Shown here: piece after piece, positions 30,249 to 39,071 of the stretch | How positions within the stretch are numbered: position 1 is the stretch's first letter | Layout of the letters: every line of letters begins with the position of its first letter | Source: an uncultured Thermoleophilia bacterium | Lineage (GTDB): Bacteria; Actinomycetota; Thermoleophilia; UBA2241 | Reading direction: 5' to 3' | NCBI GenBank assembly: GCA_963702475.1 | Contig: CAVPCT010000003.1 | Coordinates: 448,001 to 512,000 of the forward strand | Length of the DNA stretch: 64,000 nt | The notes under the pieces: model-generated | What the model saw: only the letters and a program-made list of their open reading frames with translations | Told to the model about the DNA's origin: nothing | Databases searched by the model: none | Made by a program: the position numbers and the translations under genes

Positions 30249-32510
30249 GTGAGTCGCGTCTTCGTCACCGCCCTCGCGCTGGCCTTGCTGGCTGCGGCCA
30301 CCGTCAACGTCGTGCTCTCAAGCGCGTCGTTCACGACGACGAGTGCGACGACGCTCCAGGTCTCCACCTCACTGCTGACCGACGACCGGATGGAGTCGTA
30401 CGCCGGCGACGGACAGACGGCCGTGGTGGATCACACCGTTGCCACGGCTCCGAGCGTGCTCGTGGAAGACGGTCACGGCAACCCCGTGTCGGGCATCGCA
30501 GTGACCTTCTCCGTGACGTCGGGGGGCGGCACGGTGACGGGCGGCACCAGCGTCACGGACAGCTCGGGCATCGCCGCAGTGGGCAGCTGGAAGCTGGGCA
30601 CGAGCGCGGGCGCCAACACGCTGAGGGCCTCAGCCGCCGGCCTCCCTGGGGAGGCCGTGTCCTTCTCGGCCACCGCGGTGGCCGGGCCGGTGGCCAGGTG
30701 TCAGGTCATCGCCGGCACCTACGCGCCGGTGGCCGGCAGCGATGTCACGATCACCGCCCGGCTCGCCGACGAGTTCGGCAACCCCATCCTCACGCCCGGC
30801 ATCGGCGTGACGTTCTCTCTGGCCGGCGAAGGGACACTCGTGGGTGCCAACCCCGCCGTGACCGATGACGCCGGCGCCGCGACCATCACGCTCACGACGA
30901 GTACGGTGGCCGGCAGGGTCGCCACCGTGCGTGCCGAGAGCCCGAGTCCGGCGGTGAGCGGAGTGACGGCGCCGATCACGACTGTCGCCGGAGGGGCAGA
31001 CCGAATCGCCGCCACCGGCGGAGACGGCCAGTCGGCCACCGTGGGAACGGCCGTCGCGGTGGTGCCGAGCGTCCGCGTGACCGACGTCCACGGCAACCCC
31101 GTCGCCGGCGTGACCGTGACCTTCGCCGTCGCCTCCGGCGGCGGCTCCGTGACCGGCGCCACGGCCACCACCGGCGCCTCGGGCATCGCCGCCGTCGGCA
31201 GCTGGACGCTGGGCACGATCGCCGGCGCCAACACCCTCACGGCTACCAGCGCCGGCCTCAGCGGCTCACCGCTGACCTTCACCGCCACCGGCCTCGCCGG
31301 CGAGGCCACCAGGTACGTCGTCACGTCGAGCAGCTACAACCCGTCTGCGGGCACGACGGTCACCATGACCGCCCAGCTCTCCGACGGGTACGGCAACGCC
31401 GTCCCGACATCCGGCAGCTCCGTCGCCTGGACCAAGTCGAACACCGGGGGGTCGTTCGGAGCCAATCCCACAGTGACCAACGCGAGCGGGATGGCGACCA
31501 CGACCTTCAGGACCAGCAGCACATCCGGCGTCGTCGCCACCGTCACCGCCACCAGCACCGGCATCACCGGCACCAGCGCAGCCATCACCACGCGTACGGC
31601 GTCAAGGCTCGCGCTTAGCGCCGGTGACGGGCAGTCCGCGATCGCCGGAGCGCTGGTCGCCCTGGCTCCCAGCGTCCTGGTCACCGACGCCGGTGGCAAC
31701 CCCGTGAGCGGCATCGTCGTCACGTTCTCGGTCGTTTCAGGCGGCGGCTCCATCACTGGGGGTTCGGCCACCACGAACGCGTCCGGCATCGCCAGCGTCG
31801 GCAGCTGGAGGCTCGGCGCGACCGCCGGCACCAACAGGCTGAGGGCGACCCGCAGCGGCCTCACCGGGTCCCCGCTGACGTTCACGGCGACCGGCGTCGC
31901 AGGTCCGGCCTCCAAGATCGTGGTCAATGCCGGCAACGCGCAGTCCGCCACTGTGAACACCGCCGTGACCACGGCTCCCAGCGTCAAGGTCACGGACGGC
32001 AACAACAACCCCGTCGCCGGCGTGACCGTGACCTTCGCCGTCGCCTCCGGCGGCGGCTCCGTGACCGGCGCCACGGCCACCACCGGCGCCTCGGGCATCG
32101 CCGCCGTCGGCAGCTGGACGCTGGGCACGATCGCCGGCGCCAACACCCTCACGGCTACCAGCGCCGGCCTCAGCGGCTCACCGCTGACCTTCACCGCCAC
32201 CGGCCTCGCCGGCGCGGCCACCAGGTACGTCGTCACGTCGAGCAGCTACAACCCGGTCGCCGGCGCCGCCGTCATCGTCACGGCGCAGCTTGCCGACGTG
32301 TGGAACAACCCGGTGAAGACGTCGGGCATCTCCGTCACCTGGAGCAAAACGGGGTCCGGCGGCACCTTCAGCGCCAACCCCACCACCACGAACACCAACG
32401 GCATCGCCACGGTCACGTTCACCACAGGCCCGACCCTCGGCACCGTCTACCTCATCACCGCCTCGAGCACCGGACGCACCGGGACCAGTCCCGCTATCAC
32501 CACGAGGTGA
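30249..32510 (+). CDS. Secreted Thr/Gly/Ser-rich protein with about 7 bacterial Ig-like (Big_1/invasin-like) modules
   Basis: Signal ending SSA|SFTT; repeated GDGQ.A.V...APSV.V.D..GNPV.G..VTF.V.SGGG..T.....T...G.A.VGSW.LG...G.N.L; no C-terminal anchor. Confidence 0.85.
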   Translation: MSRVFVTALALALLAAATVNVVLSSASFTTTSATTLQVSTSLLTDDRMESYAGDGQTAVVDHTVATAPSVLVEDGHGNPVSGIAVTFSVTSGGGTVTGGTSVTDSSGIAAVGSWKLGTSAGANTLRASAAGLPGEAVSFSATAVAGPVARCQVIAGTYAPVAGSDVTITARLADEFGNPILTPGIGVTFSLAGEGTLVGANPAVTDDAGAATITLTTSTVAGRVATVRAESPSPAVSGVTAPITTVAGGADRIAATGGDGQSATVGTAVAVVPSVRVTDVHGNPVAGVTVTFAVASGGGSVTGATATTGASGIAAVGSWTLGTIAGANTLTATSAGLSGSPLTFTATGLAGEATRYVVTSSSYNPSAGTTVTMTAQLSDGYGNAVPTSGSSVAWTKSNTGGSFGANPTVTNASGMATTTFRTSSTSGVVATVTATSTGITGTSAAITTRTASRLALSAGDGQSAIAGALVALAPSVLVTDAGGNPVSGIVVTFSVVSGGGSITGGSATTNASGIASVGSWRLGATAGTNRLRATRSGLTGSPLTFTATGVAGPASKIVVNAGNAQSATVNTAVTTAPSVKVTDGNNNPVAGVTVTFAVASGGGSVTGATATTGASGIAAVGSWTLGTIAGANTLTATSAGLSGSPLTFTATGLAGAATRYVVTSSSYNPVAGAAVIVTAQLADVWNNPVKTSGISVTWSKTGSGGTFSANPTTTNTNGIATVTFTTGPTLGTVYLITASSTGRTGTSPAITTR
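31094..31343 (+). repeat. 250-bp intragenic direct repeat, copy 1
   Basis: Identical to 32006-32255 except one base (31303 A vs C). Confidence 0.9.
32006..32255 (+). repeat. 250-bp intragenic direct repeat, copy 2
   Basis: Offset 912 nt (in frame) from copy 1. Confidence 0.9.
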
Positions 32511-32728
32511 TCTCCCGCCGGAGCAGCCCGCCCGGTGGTCCGCCGACCCCGAGTCAACGCACGCTCCCAGCGCCGCGGTGCGTCGTCCGGGCCGGCGCAG
32601 GCGGGATACCCGCGCATCGAGTCCTCCTTGCCCATGTCGCCCGGGAAGGGCCGTCCCGATGACTTCAGTGGACCGACGGACGGTGCGGGCGCCTCCGGCG
32701 CCCGCGGAAGGAGCCGGGGCACGGCACC

Positions 32729-33283
32729 ATGGACGGCGCGGGCATCAGGAGCTTCAGCAGAGGGTTCCGCATCGTCGTCTCGCTGCTGGTCGTCCTGGTG
32801 GCCGCCGGCGTGTGTGCCGGTGCTTCCGCGCAGTGGTCCGCGGCGGCGACCGCGCTGCCCAGTGGAGTCTTCTCGCCCGGGGGCGTCGCGCTCGCCGGCG
32901 GCTCCGTCGACATGGATGCGGCAGCGCTCACGCCGGGCTATACCGTGACGTGGGTGGCGGCGGTCGCCAACGACGGAGACGCCCGCGGCCGCTTCACGTT
33001 CGGGACCGGCACGCTGATGGATAACCCCGGCGCGGGCGGAGGCAGCCTCGCTGATGCGCTGAGCGTGTCAGTTGTCGACGTCACGGCTGGGAGACATCAC
33101 CACCTCGTCTACAACGGGTCTCTCGCCGGATTGCGCGGCCTGGACCTCGGCACCCTCGGTCCCGGCGATGAACGCTCGTACCGTATCGCCGTGACCTTCC
33201 CGCAGCAGACGGTCGACTCCGCCGTGTACGCGGGCAGCTCCCTGGCGCTGAGCCTCCAGTGGACGGTCGTGACCGCGGACTGA
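32729..33283 (+). CDS. TasA/CalY-like subunit 3
   Basis: Signal ...AGASA|QWS; LTPG.T......V.NDGD; LA..L...V, YNGSL, LGTL.PG..RSY...VTFP, LQWT; paralogous to the other two subunits. Confidence 0.7.
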   Translation: MDGAGIRSFSRGFRIVVSLLVVLVAAGVCAGASAQWSAAATALPSGVFSPGGVALAGGSVDMDAAALTPGYTVTWVAAVANDGDARGRFTFGTGTLMDNPGAGGGSLADALSVSVVDVTAGRHHHLVYNGSLAGLRGLDLGTLGPGDERSYRIAVTFPQQTVDSAVYAGSSLALSLQWTVVTAD

Positions 33284-33348
33284 GCTCGTCGGCCCAGATC
33301 GACCGCGCTCGGGCGCTCAGGCCGCCGTTCGAGGCGGGCGTCAGCCGC

Positions 33349-34734
33349 TCAGCGCGCCTTCTCCCACTTCTGCAGGTAGGCCACCTCGGCGAGGGTCCTG
33401 CCGGCGTCGATCTCGCCGCGCATGCGGTTCTCCTTCTCGAGCACGTCCATGGCGCGGTTGGCGAGCTCGACGGCCTGCTCCTTGGGCAGGACCATCACGC
33501 CGTCGTCGTCGCCGACGATCCAGTCGCCGGGGCGCACCGTCTGGCCGGCCACGGTGATCGGCACGTTGATCTCGCCGAAGCCCTTGGGCTCGCCGGCGTT
33601 TGCGCACACCTTGCTGCTGAAGGCGGGGAAGCCGAGGCGCGCGATCTCCGGGGTGTCGCGGATCGCGCCCCACACCACGAGGCCGGCCACGCCCTTGACC
33701 ATCGCGCTGTGCGTGGCCAGCTCGCCCCACATGGCCGGCGTGGCGTCGCAGGCGTCGATGACGAGCACGTCGCCGGGCCGACAGACGTCGATAGCCTCGA
33801 CGGGCTTGGCCCAGTCGCCCGCGTAGGTGCGCACGGTGACGGCCGGGCCGCACATGTGCGCGCCCGGCAACAGGGCCCGGATGCCCGGCAGGCTCGGCTG
33901 CCGGTGCCAGGCGTCGCTCACGTTGGCCGTCGAGACCTGCTCGAGCACCGCGCGGATGTCGCCGGATGCCGCGCGCTTGTACAGCTTGGTCTCGATGCAC
34001 ACGCGCTCGTCCACGGCGCGCCGGATCTCCGCCGCTGCGCCGGCGGCGTCGACCGACTTGATGATGGCGCCGCCCACGACCACGATCTGCGCGCCGGCGT
34101 CCACGGCCGCCGCCGCCGTCTCGCTGTTGATGCCGCCGGCCACCGAGACCGGGATCACGACGGCCTCGGCCACGGCCTTGAGCGTCTCGAAGGGCGCCTC
34201 ACCGCGCATCTGCTGGTCGATGGCCGTGTGGATGCCGATGTAGTCGGCGCCGAGCTCCTCGGCGCGCTTCGCGCGCGCGACGGGGTCGGCGACCTCGATC
34301 ATGTCGACGATGAGCCGGCAGCCGTAGTTGCGCGCCGCCTCGGCGCACTCCTTGATCGTGCTGTCCGACGCGGCACCGAGCACGCCGACCACGCCGGCGC
34401 CGGCCTTGGCCGCGTACTCCACCTCGGTGCGGCCGGCGTCCATGGTCTTCATGTCGGCGACGATGACCTTGTCGGGGAACTCGGCCTTGAGCGCGCGCAC
34501 GGCGTTGAGGCCCTCCGCCTTGATGAGCGGCGTGCCGGCCTCGATCCAGTCCACGCCGCCCGCCACCGCCTCGCGCGCCACTTCGAGCGCGCGCGGCAGG
34601 TCCACGAAGTCCAGCGCGACCTGCAGGATCGGGCGCGGCCTGCTGGGGTCGCCGCCGGCCGCGCACTCGGGCTCGCCGAGGATGGCTTCGTCCACGAGCT
34701 CCTCGCGGCCGGCCTCAGGCTCTCCGGCAGTCAT
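33349..34734 (-). CDS. hxlA: 3-hexulose-6-phosphate synthase fused to an RraA/HMG-aldolase-like domain
   Basis: LQVALD, IEAGTPLIK.EG, ADMKTMDAG, H.AIDQQ, VAGGI; C-terminal STANVSDA, GPAVTV, PGDVLVID, WGEL, GAIRD, PGDW.VGD.DGV. Confidence 0.88.
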   Translation of the reverse strand: MTAGEPEAGREELVDEAILGEPECAAGGDPSRPRPILQVALDFVDLPRALEVAREAVAGGVDWIEAGTPLIKAEGLNAVRALKAEFPDKVIVADMKTMDAGRTEVEYAAKAGAGVVGVLGAASDSTIKECAEAARNYGCRLIVDMIEVADPVARAKRAEELGADYIGIHTAIDQQMRGEAPFETLKAVAEAVVIPVSVAGGINSETAAAAVDAGAQIVVVGGAIIKSVDAAGAAAEIRRAVDERVCIETKLYKRAASGDIRAVLEQVSTANVSDAWHRQPSLPGIRALLPGAHMCGPAVTVRTYAGDWAKPVEAIDVCRPGDVLVIDACDATPAMWGELATHSAMVKGVAGLVVWGAIRDTPEIARLGFPAFSSKVCANAGEPKGFGEINVPITVAGQTVRPGDWIVGDDDGVMVLPKEQAVELANRAMDVLEKENRMRGEIDAGRTLAEVAYLQKWEKAR

Positions 34735-35204
34735 ACGCCCATCACCTGCACCACGACGCTGCGCTCGCGCGGGCGCGCGTCGAAGTCGCAGAACACGATG
34801 TTCTGGTAGACGCCGAGCGTCAGGCGGCCGTCGACGAACGGCACGACCAGCGACGGCCCCACGAGCCCAGCGCGCACGTGCGAGTGCCCGTTGCCGTCGC
34901 CCAGGTTCACGTTGTGCCGGTAGAACTGCCCGGCGGGCGCGACGACGTCGAGCGCCCGCTGCACGTCCTCCACCACGCCCGGCTCGAACTCCAGCGTGGT
35001 GAGCGCGCCGGTCGCGCCCGGGACGAACAGGGTGACGGTGCCGTCCGAGAGACCGGTCCGGCGCACGGCCTCGACCACGTCATCGGTGATCTTGATCATG
35101 TCGGCGTTCCCGTTGCTCGAGAACTCGATGCTGCCGGTGATGACGCGGACCAGGCCCTCACGCGCGTGGTCCTTCTGCTTGCCGTTGACGAAGACGGTCG
35201 CCAT
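34731..35204 (-). CDS. yjbQ: YjbQ (UPF0047) family protein
   Basis: G...LFVPG.TGA.T..E.EPG, Y.H....D.NGHSH.RA.L.GPS, LG.YQ.I...DFD..PRER. Confidence 0.88.
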   Translation of the reverse strand: MATVFVNGKQKDHAREGLVRVITGSIEFSSNGNADMIKITDDVVEAVRRTGLSDGTVTLFVPGATGALTTLEFEPGVVEDVQRALDVVAPAGQFYRHNVNLGDGNGHSHVRAGLVGPSLVVPFVDGRLTLGVYQNIVFCDFDARPRERSVVVQVMGV

Positions 35205-35217
35205 GGGTCCCTTCCTT

Positions 35218-36147
35218 TCAGGTGGTCGCGTCCTCGGCGGGGTACGCGCTGGGGGTGACTGTGACGTTGTCGATGAGCCGCACGGCGCCCAGGCGGGCCG
35301 CGGCGATGAGGAGCGAGCCAGGCTCGATGGTCGCGCGCGGCTCGAAGGTGTCGGGGTCGACGATCGCGAGGTAGTCGAGGTCGAACGTGGTGTCGGACCG
35401 CGGCGCTTCGTCGCGAAGGGCGGCGGGGCGTTCGTCCGTGGGCGGCGGACCGGTCATCAGCAGTGCGCTCGCGGCAGCCACGATGACGTCCTTGGCCGTC
35501 GCGTGCGGCCGGCCGCCGGCGGCAGCCCCGGCCATCAGGGCCGCGTACAGGTTGGGTGCCGCGGCGCGCTGCTCGCACGTGAGGTACGTGTTGCGCGAGC
35601 TCATGGCGAGCCCGTCCGGCTCGCGCACGGTGGGCACGGCGACCACGTCGGCGCCGAGGTCCAGGTCGCCGACGAAGCGGCGCACGACCGCGAGTTGCTG
35701 GGCGTCCTTCTGCCCGAAGTAGAGCACGTCGGGCCGGACGACGCAGGTCAGCTTGGTGACGATGAGCGCCATGCCGTCGAAGTGACCCCGCCGGTGGGCG
35801 CCCTCGTACTGGTCGGTCAGCGGGCCGCGCACCTGGACACCGGTGGCGAAGCCCTTGGGGTACATCTCCGCGGCGGCCGGGGCGAAGACGAGGTCGACGC
35901 CGCGCTCCTCGAGCATGGCCAGATCGCTCGCCTCGGTGCGCGGGTACGCGTCGAAGTCCTCACCCGCGCCGAACTGCGTAGGGTTCACGAACACGGACAC
36001 GGTCACCGACGCGCAGCGCTGCCTGGCTGCGTCCACGAGCGCCAGGTGCCCGGCGTGCAGCGCGCCCATGGTCGGCGCGAAGCCGAGCGGGCGCGGCAGC
36101 CCGGCGAGGGCTTGCCTCGTTTCGTCGACTGTCCGAGTGACGATCAC
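35218..36147 (-). CDS. panC: Pantoate--beta-alanine ligase
   Basis: PTMGALHAGH, FVNPTQF, YPR, GHFDG, FGQKDAQQ, REPDGLAMSSRN, RLIDN. Confidence 0.96.
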   Translation of the reverse strand: MIVTRTVDETRQALAGLPRPLGFAPTMGALHAGHLALVDAARQRCASVTVSVFVNPTQFGAGEDFDAYPRTEASDLAMLEERGVDLVFAPAAAEMYPKGFATGVQVRGPLTDQYEGAHRRGHFDGMALIVTKLTCVVRPDVLYFGQKDAQQLAVVRRFVGDLDLGADVVAVPTVREPDGLAMSSRNTYLTCEQRAAAPNLYAALMAGAAAGGRPHATAKDVIVAAASALLMTGPPPTDERPAALRDEAPRSDTTFDLDYLAIVDPDTFEPRATIEPGSLLIAAARLGAVRLIDNVTVTPSAYPAEDATT

Positions 36148-36187
36148 GGGTGCCCGTCCGGGGCCGGCGTCTGGGCAGGGGCGGTGC

Positions 36188-37075
36188 TCACGCCCACTCG
36201 TCTTTGCCGAGCAGCTGCTGCAGTGTCGTCACCTGCTCGTCGTCGAGGCGCGGGGCGGCGAGCGCCAGCGCCTCGAGGCTCAGAGAGCGGTAGGTCGCTG
36301 CGAGCCGGGGGCTCTCGCGGTCGAGCAGGCGGAGGTGCGCACGCACGGTACCCACGTCGCCGCGCGCGACCGGTCCAGTGAGCGCGTGCGCCGGCTCGCC
36401 GCTCGCCAGCAGGTTCTCCACGGTGGTCCGGAGCAGGGCTTGCAGGTAGCGCAGGCCTTGCCCATCGTGCGTGGCCTCGTCCATCAGACGCTTGGCCTCG
36501 CTCTCCAGAGCCACGAGCAGGTTGCAGCCGACCACGGCCGACAGGTGGTAGAGCGTCTTGCGCTCGTCGTCGAGCCGGAAGGGCTGCATGCCGAGGCGGG
36601 AGGCGAGCTCCTCGCCGAGCCGCAGGTCGCGCTCCTCGTGCGCCGTCACGGCGCACGACACGTCGCGCAGCAGCTCGGCGCGCGGCTCGCCCACGAACGT
36701 CTGCAGGGGGTGCAGGCAGAGCACGCGCACCCCCTGTTCGTGCAGCGGCCTGAGCAGGTGGATCGAACCGAGGCCGCTCGAGTGTACCGCCAGCGGCTGC
36801 GGCCCGCCCGCGCGGCGGCACGACCGCATGGCCTCCGCCAGCCGGCCGGCCACGCCGAAGATCTCGTCGTCGGGCACGGCCAGCCACCAGGCGTCCGCCT
36901 CGAGTGCCGCGTCGTGCACGCGCACGTGCGGAATGCTGCTGAACAGCGAGGTGTCGTCGTCGGCGTGTACCCCGACGGCGGAGACTGTGAGCCCGGCCTC
37001 GAGCAGGCCGGCGAGGACGGTCGATCCCAGGCGTCCGGGACCGATCACGCAGAAGCGGTACGCGTCGATGCTCAA
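36188..37075 (-). CDS. Rossmann-like/DUF2520 oxidoreductase (PanG-type ketopantoate reductase candidate); start uncertain
   Basis: IGPGRLG, AVPDD.I, VH.SG, LHPLQTF, YH, ALTGPVARGD..TV..HL; directly upstream of panC. Confidence 0.8.
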   Translation of the reverse strand: MSIDAYRFCVIGPGRLGSTVLAGLLEAGLTVSAVGVHADDDTSLFSSIPHVRVHDAALEADAWWLAVPDDEIFGVAGRLAEAMRSCRRAGGPQPLAVHSSGLGSIHLLRPLHEQGVRVLCLHPLQTFVGEPRAELLRDVSCAVTAHEERDLRLGEELASRLGMQPFRLDDERKTLYHLSAVVGCNLLVALESEAKRLMDEATHDGQGLRYLQALLRTTVENLLASGEPAHALTGPVARGDVGTVRAHLRLLDRESPRLAATYRSLSLEALALAAPRLDDEQVTTLQQLLGKDEWA

Positions 37076-37297
37076 GCCCTCGACCTCTCCGGCTGCGGTC
37101 CGCCGCCGGGGCGGTACCGTGCCTGCCTCAGGCCTGTGAACCACAGGCGAGGATCCCCGTCTCCTGCCGAAGCTCGGAGCGGAGGCTGTGAAGAGGGTAG
37201 CGGCGCTCGCGCGCGCGGTCAATCACGCTGACCACGATACGGATGCGCGGCGCTCAGGCGCGACGTTCCTCCCGTGACCGGGTGGTACACTACGCCC

Positions 37298-37516
37298 ATG
37301 CCGATCTACGAATTCTGCTGCAACCAGTGCGGAACCGCCTTTGAGGAGCTGGTCCGCAACGGCACCAAGCCCGTGTGTCCGGAGTGCAGGTCGGGCGACG
37401 TCTGCCGCCTGCTCTCCACCTTCGCCGTGCACTCGTCATCCGCCAACCTCGGCGGCAAGGGAGCGACCAAGAGCTGTTCCTCCTGCGCCGGCTCCTCCTG
37501 TGCCACCTGCCACTGA
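37298..37516 (+). CDS. FmdB-family zinc-ribbon protein
   Basis: MPIYEF.C..CG..FE, CPEC.S..V.RL.S.F, terminal C..C....C..C; TGGTACACT extended -10 lies 6 nt before the ATG. Confidence 0.88.
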   Translation: MPIYEFCCNQCGTAFEELVRNGTKPVCPECRSGDVCRLLSTFAVHSSSANLGGKGATKSCSSCAGSSCATCH

Positions 37517-38540
37517 CGACGTCATCGCCGCGCTCGACGCCCTCCGCACCGAAGTGGAGGCGTGCACGCGTTGTCCCCTGCACGAGACACGCACCAGGGC
37601 CGTGTTCGGGGAGGGCGATGCCGCCTCCGACCTCATGTTCGTCGGGGAGGCCCCGGGCTATCACGAGGACCAGCAGGGCCGGCCGTTCGTAGGTCAGGCC
37701 GGCAAGCTGCTCGAGCAGCTGCTCGCATCCATCGGTCTCACGCGCGAGCAGGTGTTCATCGCCAACGTCCTCAAGAGCCGCCCGCCCAACAACCGCGACC
37801 CGCGCCCTGACGAGATAGCCGCCTGTCAGCCATACCTCCGGCGGCAGATCGAGCTCATCCGTCCCCGGATCATCTGCACGCTCGGCAACCATGCGACGAA
37901 GCTGTTGACGGGCAACCCCGCCGGCATCACGCGCGTGCACGGTCAGCCCCAGGCGCACACCATCAACGACGTCGACCTGTACCTGTTCCCGATCTTCCAC
38001 CCGGCCGCGGCACTGTACACGCCGGCCATGCTCGACACGCTCAAGCAGGACTTCCTGCGTCTGCCCGAGCTTCTGGCGCACGCTGCGCCTCAAGGCGGGC
38101 AGGCGGCCGGGGCGCCGGGCGCCGAGCGCCCGGCCTGGCGGCCGCCCCAGCGGCAGGCCTCCCCGTCCGGCGACGGGCGGCAGTCCGCCGGTGATCAGCC
38201 GGACCTGCTCAGCGTGCCGCCGCAGGCCGCGGAGACCGCCGCGGCTGAGCAGCCTGCTTCGCCCCCCGGCGAGCCGGCGTCCTCGCCGGCGCCTGGCCCA
38301 CCCGACGAGCCTGCGCCTTCGCTTGAGTCAGGTCCGCCCCGCGACGAGCCTGCCCTCCCGTCCGGCGCGCCGGCGCCGGGTCCACCAGACGGCCCGCCGC
38401 CGTCCCCCTCGTCCGGCCCGCCGCCGGACGAGCAGCCGGCGCAGCCCGCCGCGCCCGGCCGGTCTGCCGCCGTGCCCGGCCCGCCTGACGCCCGGCCCCT
38501 CGCCGAGTCCGGCCCGCCGGAGCAGCTCGGCCTGTTCTGA
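37500..38540 (+). CDS. udg: Family-4 uracil-DNA glycosylase with a long Pro-rich tail ending QLGLF
   Basis: C..C.L, VFGEG, FVGEAPG..ED..G.PFVG.AG, N.LKSRPP.NR.P, FHPAA.L. Confidence 0.93.
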   Translation: MPPATDDVIAALDALRTEVEACTRCPLHETRTRAVFGEGDAASDLMFVGEAPGYHEDQQGRPFVGQAGKLLEQLLASIGLTREQVFIANVLKSRPPNNRDPRPDEIAACQPYLRRQIELIRPRIICTLGNHATKLLTGNPAGITRVHGQPQAHTINDVDLYLFPIFHPAAALYTPAMLDTLKQDFLRLPELLAHAAPQGGQAAGAPGAERPAWRPPQRQASPSGDGRQSAGDQPDLLSVPPQAAETAAAEQPASPPGEPASSPAPGPPDEPAPSLESGPPRDEPALPSGAPAPGPPDGPPPSPSSGPPPDEQPAQPAAPGRSAAVPGPPDARPLAESGPPEQLGLF

Positions 38541-39071
38541 ATGGTCCTGCTGACGCTCGCCTCGCCGGCCCAGACACGACGGTTCGCGCGGGTGCTGGCG
38601 GCCCTGCTGCAGCCGCCCGCGCTCGTGACCGTCGACGGAGACCTGGGCACCGGCAAGACCACTATGGTGCGCGAGGTGCTGCGCGCTCGCGGCGTGCGCG
38701 GCGCCGTGACGAGTCCGTCGTTCACGCTGGCCCAGAGCTATCATGGGACGCGGGGCCAGGTCCTGCATCATCTCGATCTCTACCGTCTGGCCAGCGGGGC
38801 CGACGTCGATCTCTTCGCCTGGGACGACTACCTGGGACCCGAGGCGCTCACCTTCGTGGAGTGGCCGGCGGCCGGGCAGGGCGTGCTGCCCCCGGCCGAC
38901 GTGCGCCTCGAGCTCGAGCACCGCACGCGTAACAGCCGTACGGCGCGCCTGTTCGCGGCGCCGGCCTTCGAGGCTGCCGCGGCCGAGGGCGCGGCAGCCG
39001 AGGGCATCCGCATCGAGGCCGTCGCGCTCGCCGGCGACGCCGGCGCGGGAGGGGAGGAGCGTTCGCCATGA
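38541..39071 (+). CDS. tsaE: t6A biosynthesis ATPase TsaE
   Basis: GDLGTGKT, VTSPSFTL, HLDLYRL, VEW. Confidence 0.93.
   Translation: MVLLTLASPAQTRRFARVLAALLQPPALVTVDGDLGTGKTTMVREVLRARGVRGAVTSPSFTLAQSYHGTRGQVLHHLDLYRLASGADVDLFAWDDYLGPEALTFVEWPAAGQGVLPPADVRLELEHRTRNSRTARLFAAPAFEAAAAEGAAAEGIRIEAVALAGDAGAGGEERSP

Noticed and set aside
30400-32500. CRISPR array or DGR template/variable repeat in the repeated region
   Set aside because: The repeats are in-frame protein modules without spacers; there is one mismatch only and no reverse transcriptase or cas gene in the window
32636-32662. Second sigma28 promoter before subunit 3
   Set aside because: CCCGATGA is present but there is no TAAA-like -35 at the right spacing
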